Assembly (NCBI GenBank): GCA_964453605.1
Contig: CAYVOI010000001.1
Location: 804,095-868,094, forward strand
From: an uncultured Gammaproteobacteria bacterium
GTDB taxonomy: Bacteria > Patescibacteriota > Patescibacteriia > Veblenbacterales > UBA10138
Direction of reading: 5' to 3'
Length of the DNA stretch: 64,000 bases
Shown piece by piece: positions 63,884-64,000 of this stretch (its first letter is position 1; each line of letters begins with the position of its first letter). The notes beneath the pieces were generated by a model that was not told where the DNA came from, made no database searches, and saw only the letters and a program-made list of their open reading frames with translations. A program made the position numbers and the translations under genes.

Positions 63884-64000
63884 TGTGGGAAATAAAAAAC
63901 TCAACCGGAATTGTCCAGTTGAGTTCTTAATTTCTTTGACCAAGCTAGATAAAGGCTAAACCGGTGGCTAGTAAAACAAGTTCGAGCATTGATAAGCTGT

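Noticed and set aside
1-64000. Alternative genetic code (UGA=Gly)
   Set aside because: Conserved genes such as nrdR, nrdB and ybeY end at TGA at their expected lengths and no core gene is interrupted by TGA.

Overview
Chromosomal segment of a host-associated Patescibacteria/CPR-type bacterium (Parcubacteria/ABY1-like). This assignment is inferred from a VirB2-like pilin giant protein, LGAGC-type lipoboxes, GRILLQVE..GEAWY repeats and scarce Shine-Dalgarno motifs; the code is standard. Core genes: htrA, ridA, nrdR-nrdA-nrdB (the beta subunit has class Ic Mn/Fe signatures), ftsA-ftsZ, dgkA, ybeY, yqeY, rpsU, hisS, lepB, an LCP protein, der, pth, mfd, dprA, topA, a short RelA/SpoT, parA-parB and four tRNAs. 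Large Ig-repeat surface proteins include a 3527-aa pilin fusion. Highlights: (1) an 8.6-kb integrative element (51637-60266) at tRNA-fMet, bounded by a 10-bp repeat inside its serine recombinase gene so that excision swaps the enzyme's C-terminus; (2) its cargo of two small, mutually similar proteins plus a His/Cys caspase/gingipain-fold protease under a perfect sigma70 promoter, a candidate undescribed system; (3) an intact tRNA-Val nested inside a second tRNA-Val scaffold broken by hairpin insertions, with similar tRNA ghosts elsewhere; (4) an orphan cobalamin riboswitch; (5) two highly structured unannotated leader/ncRNA candidates. All calls are by eye; no searches were run.
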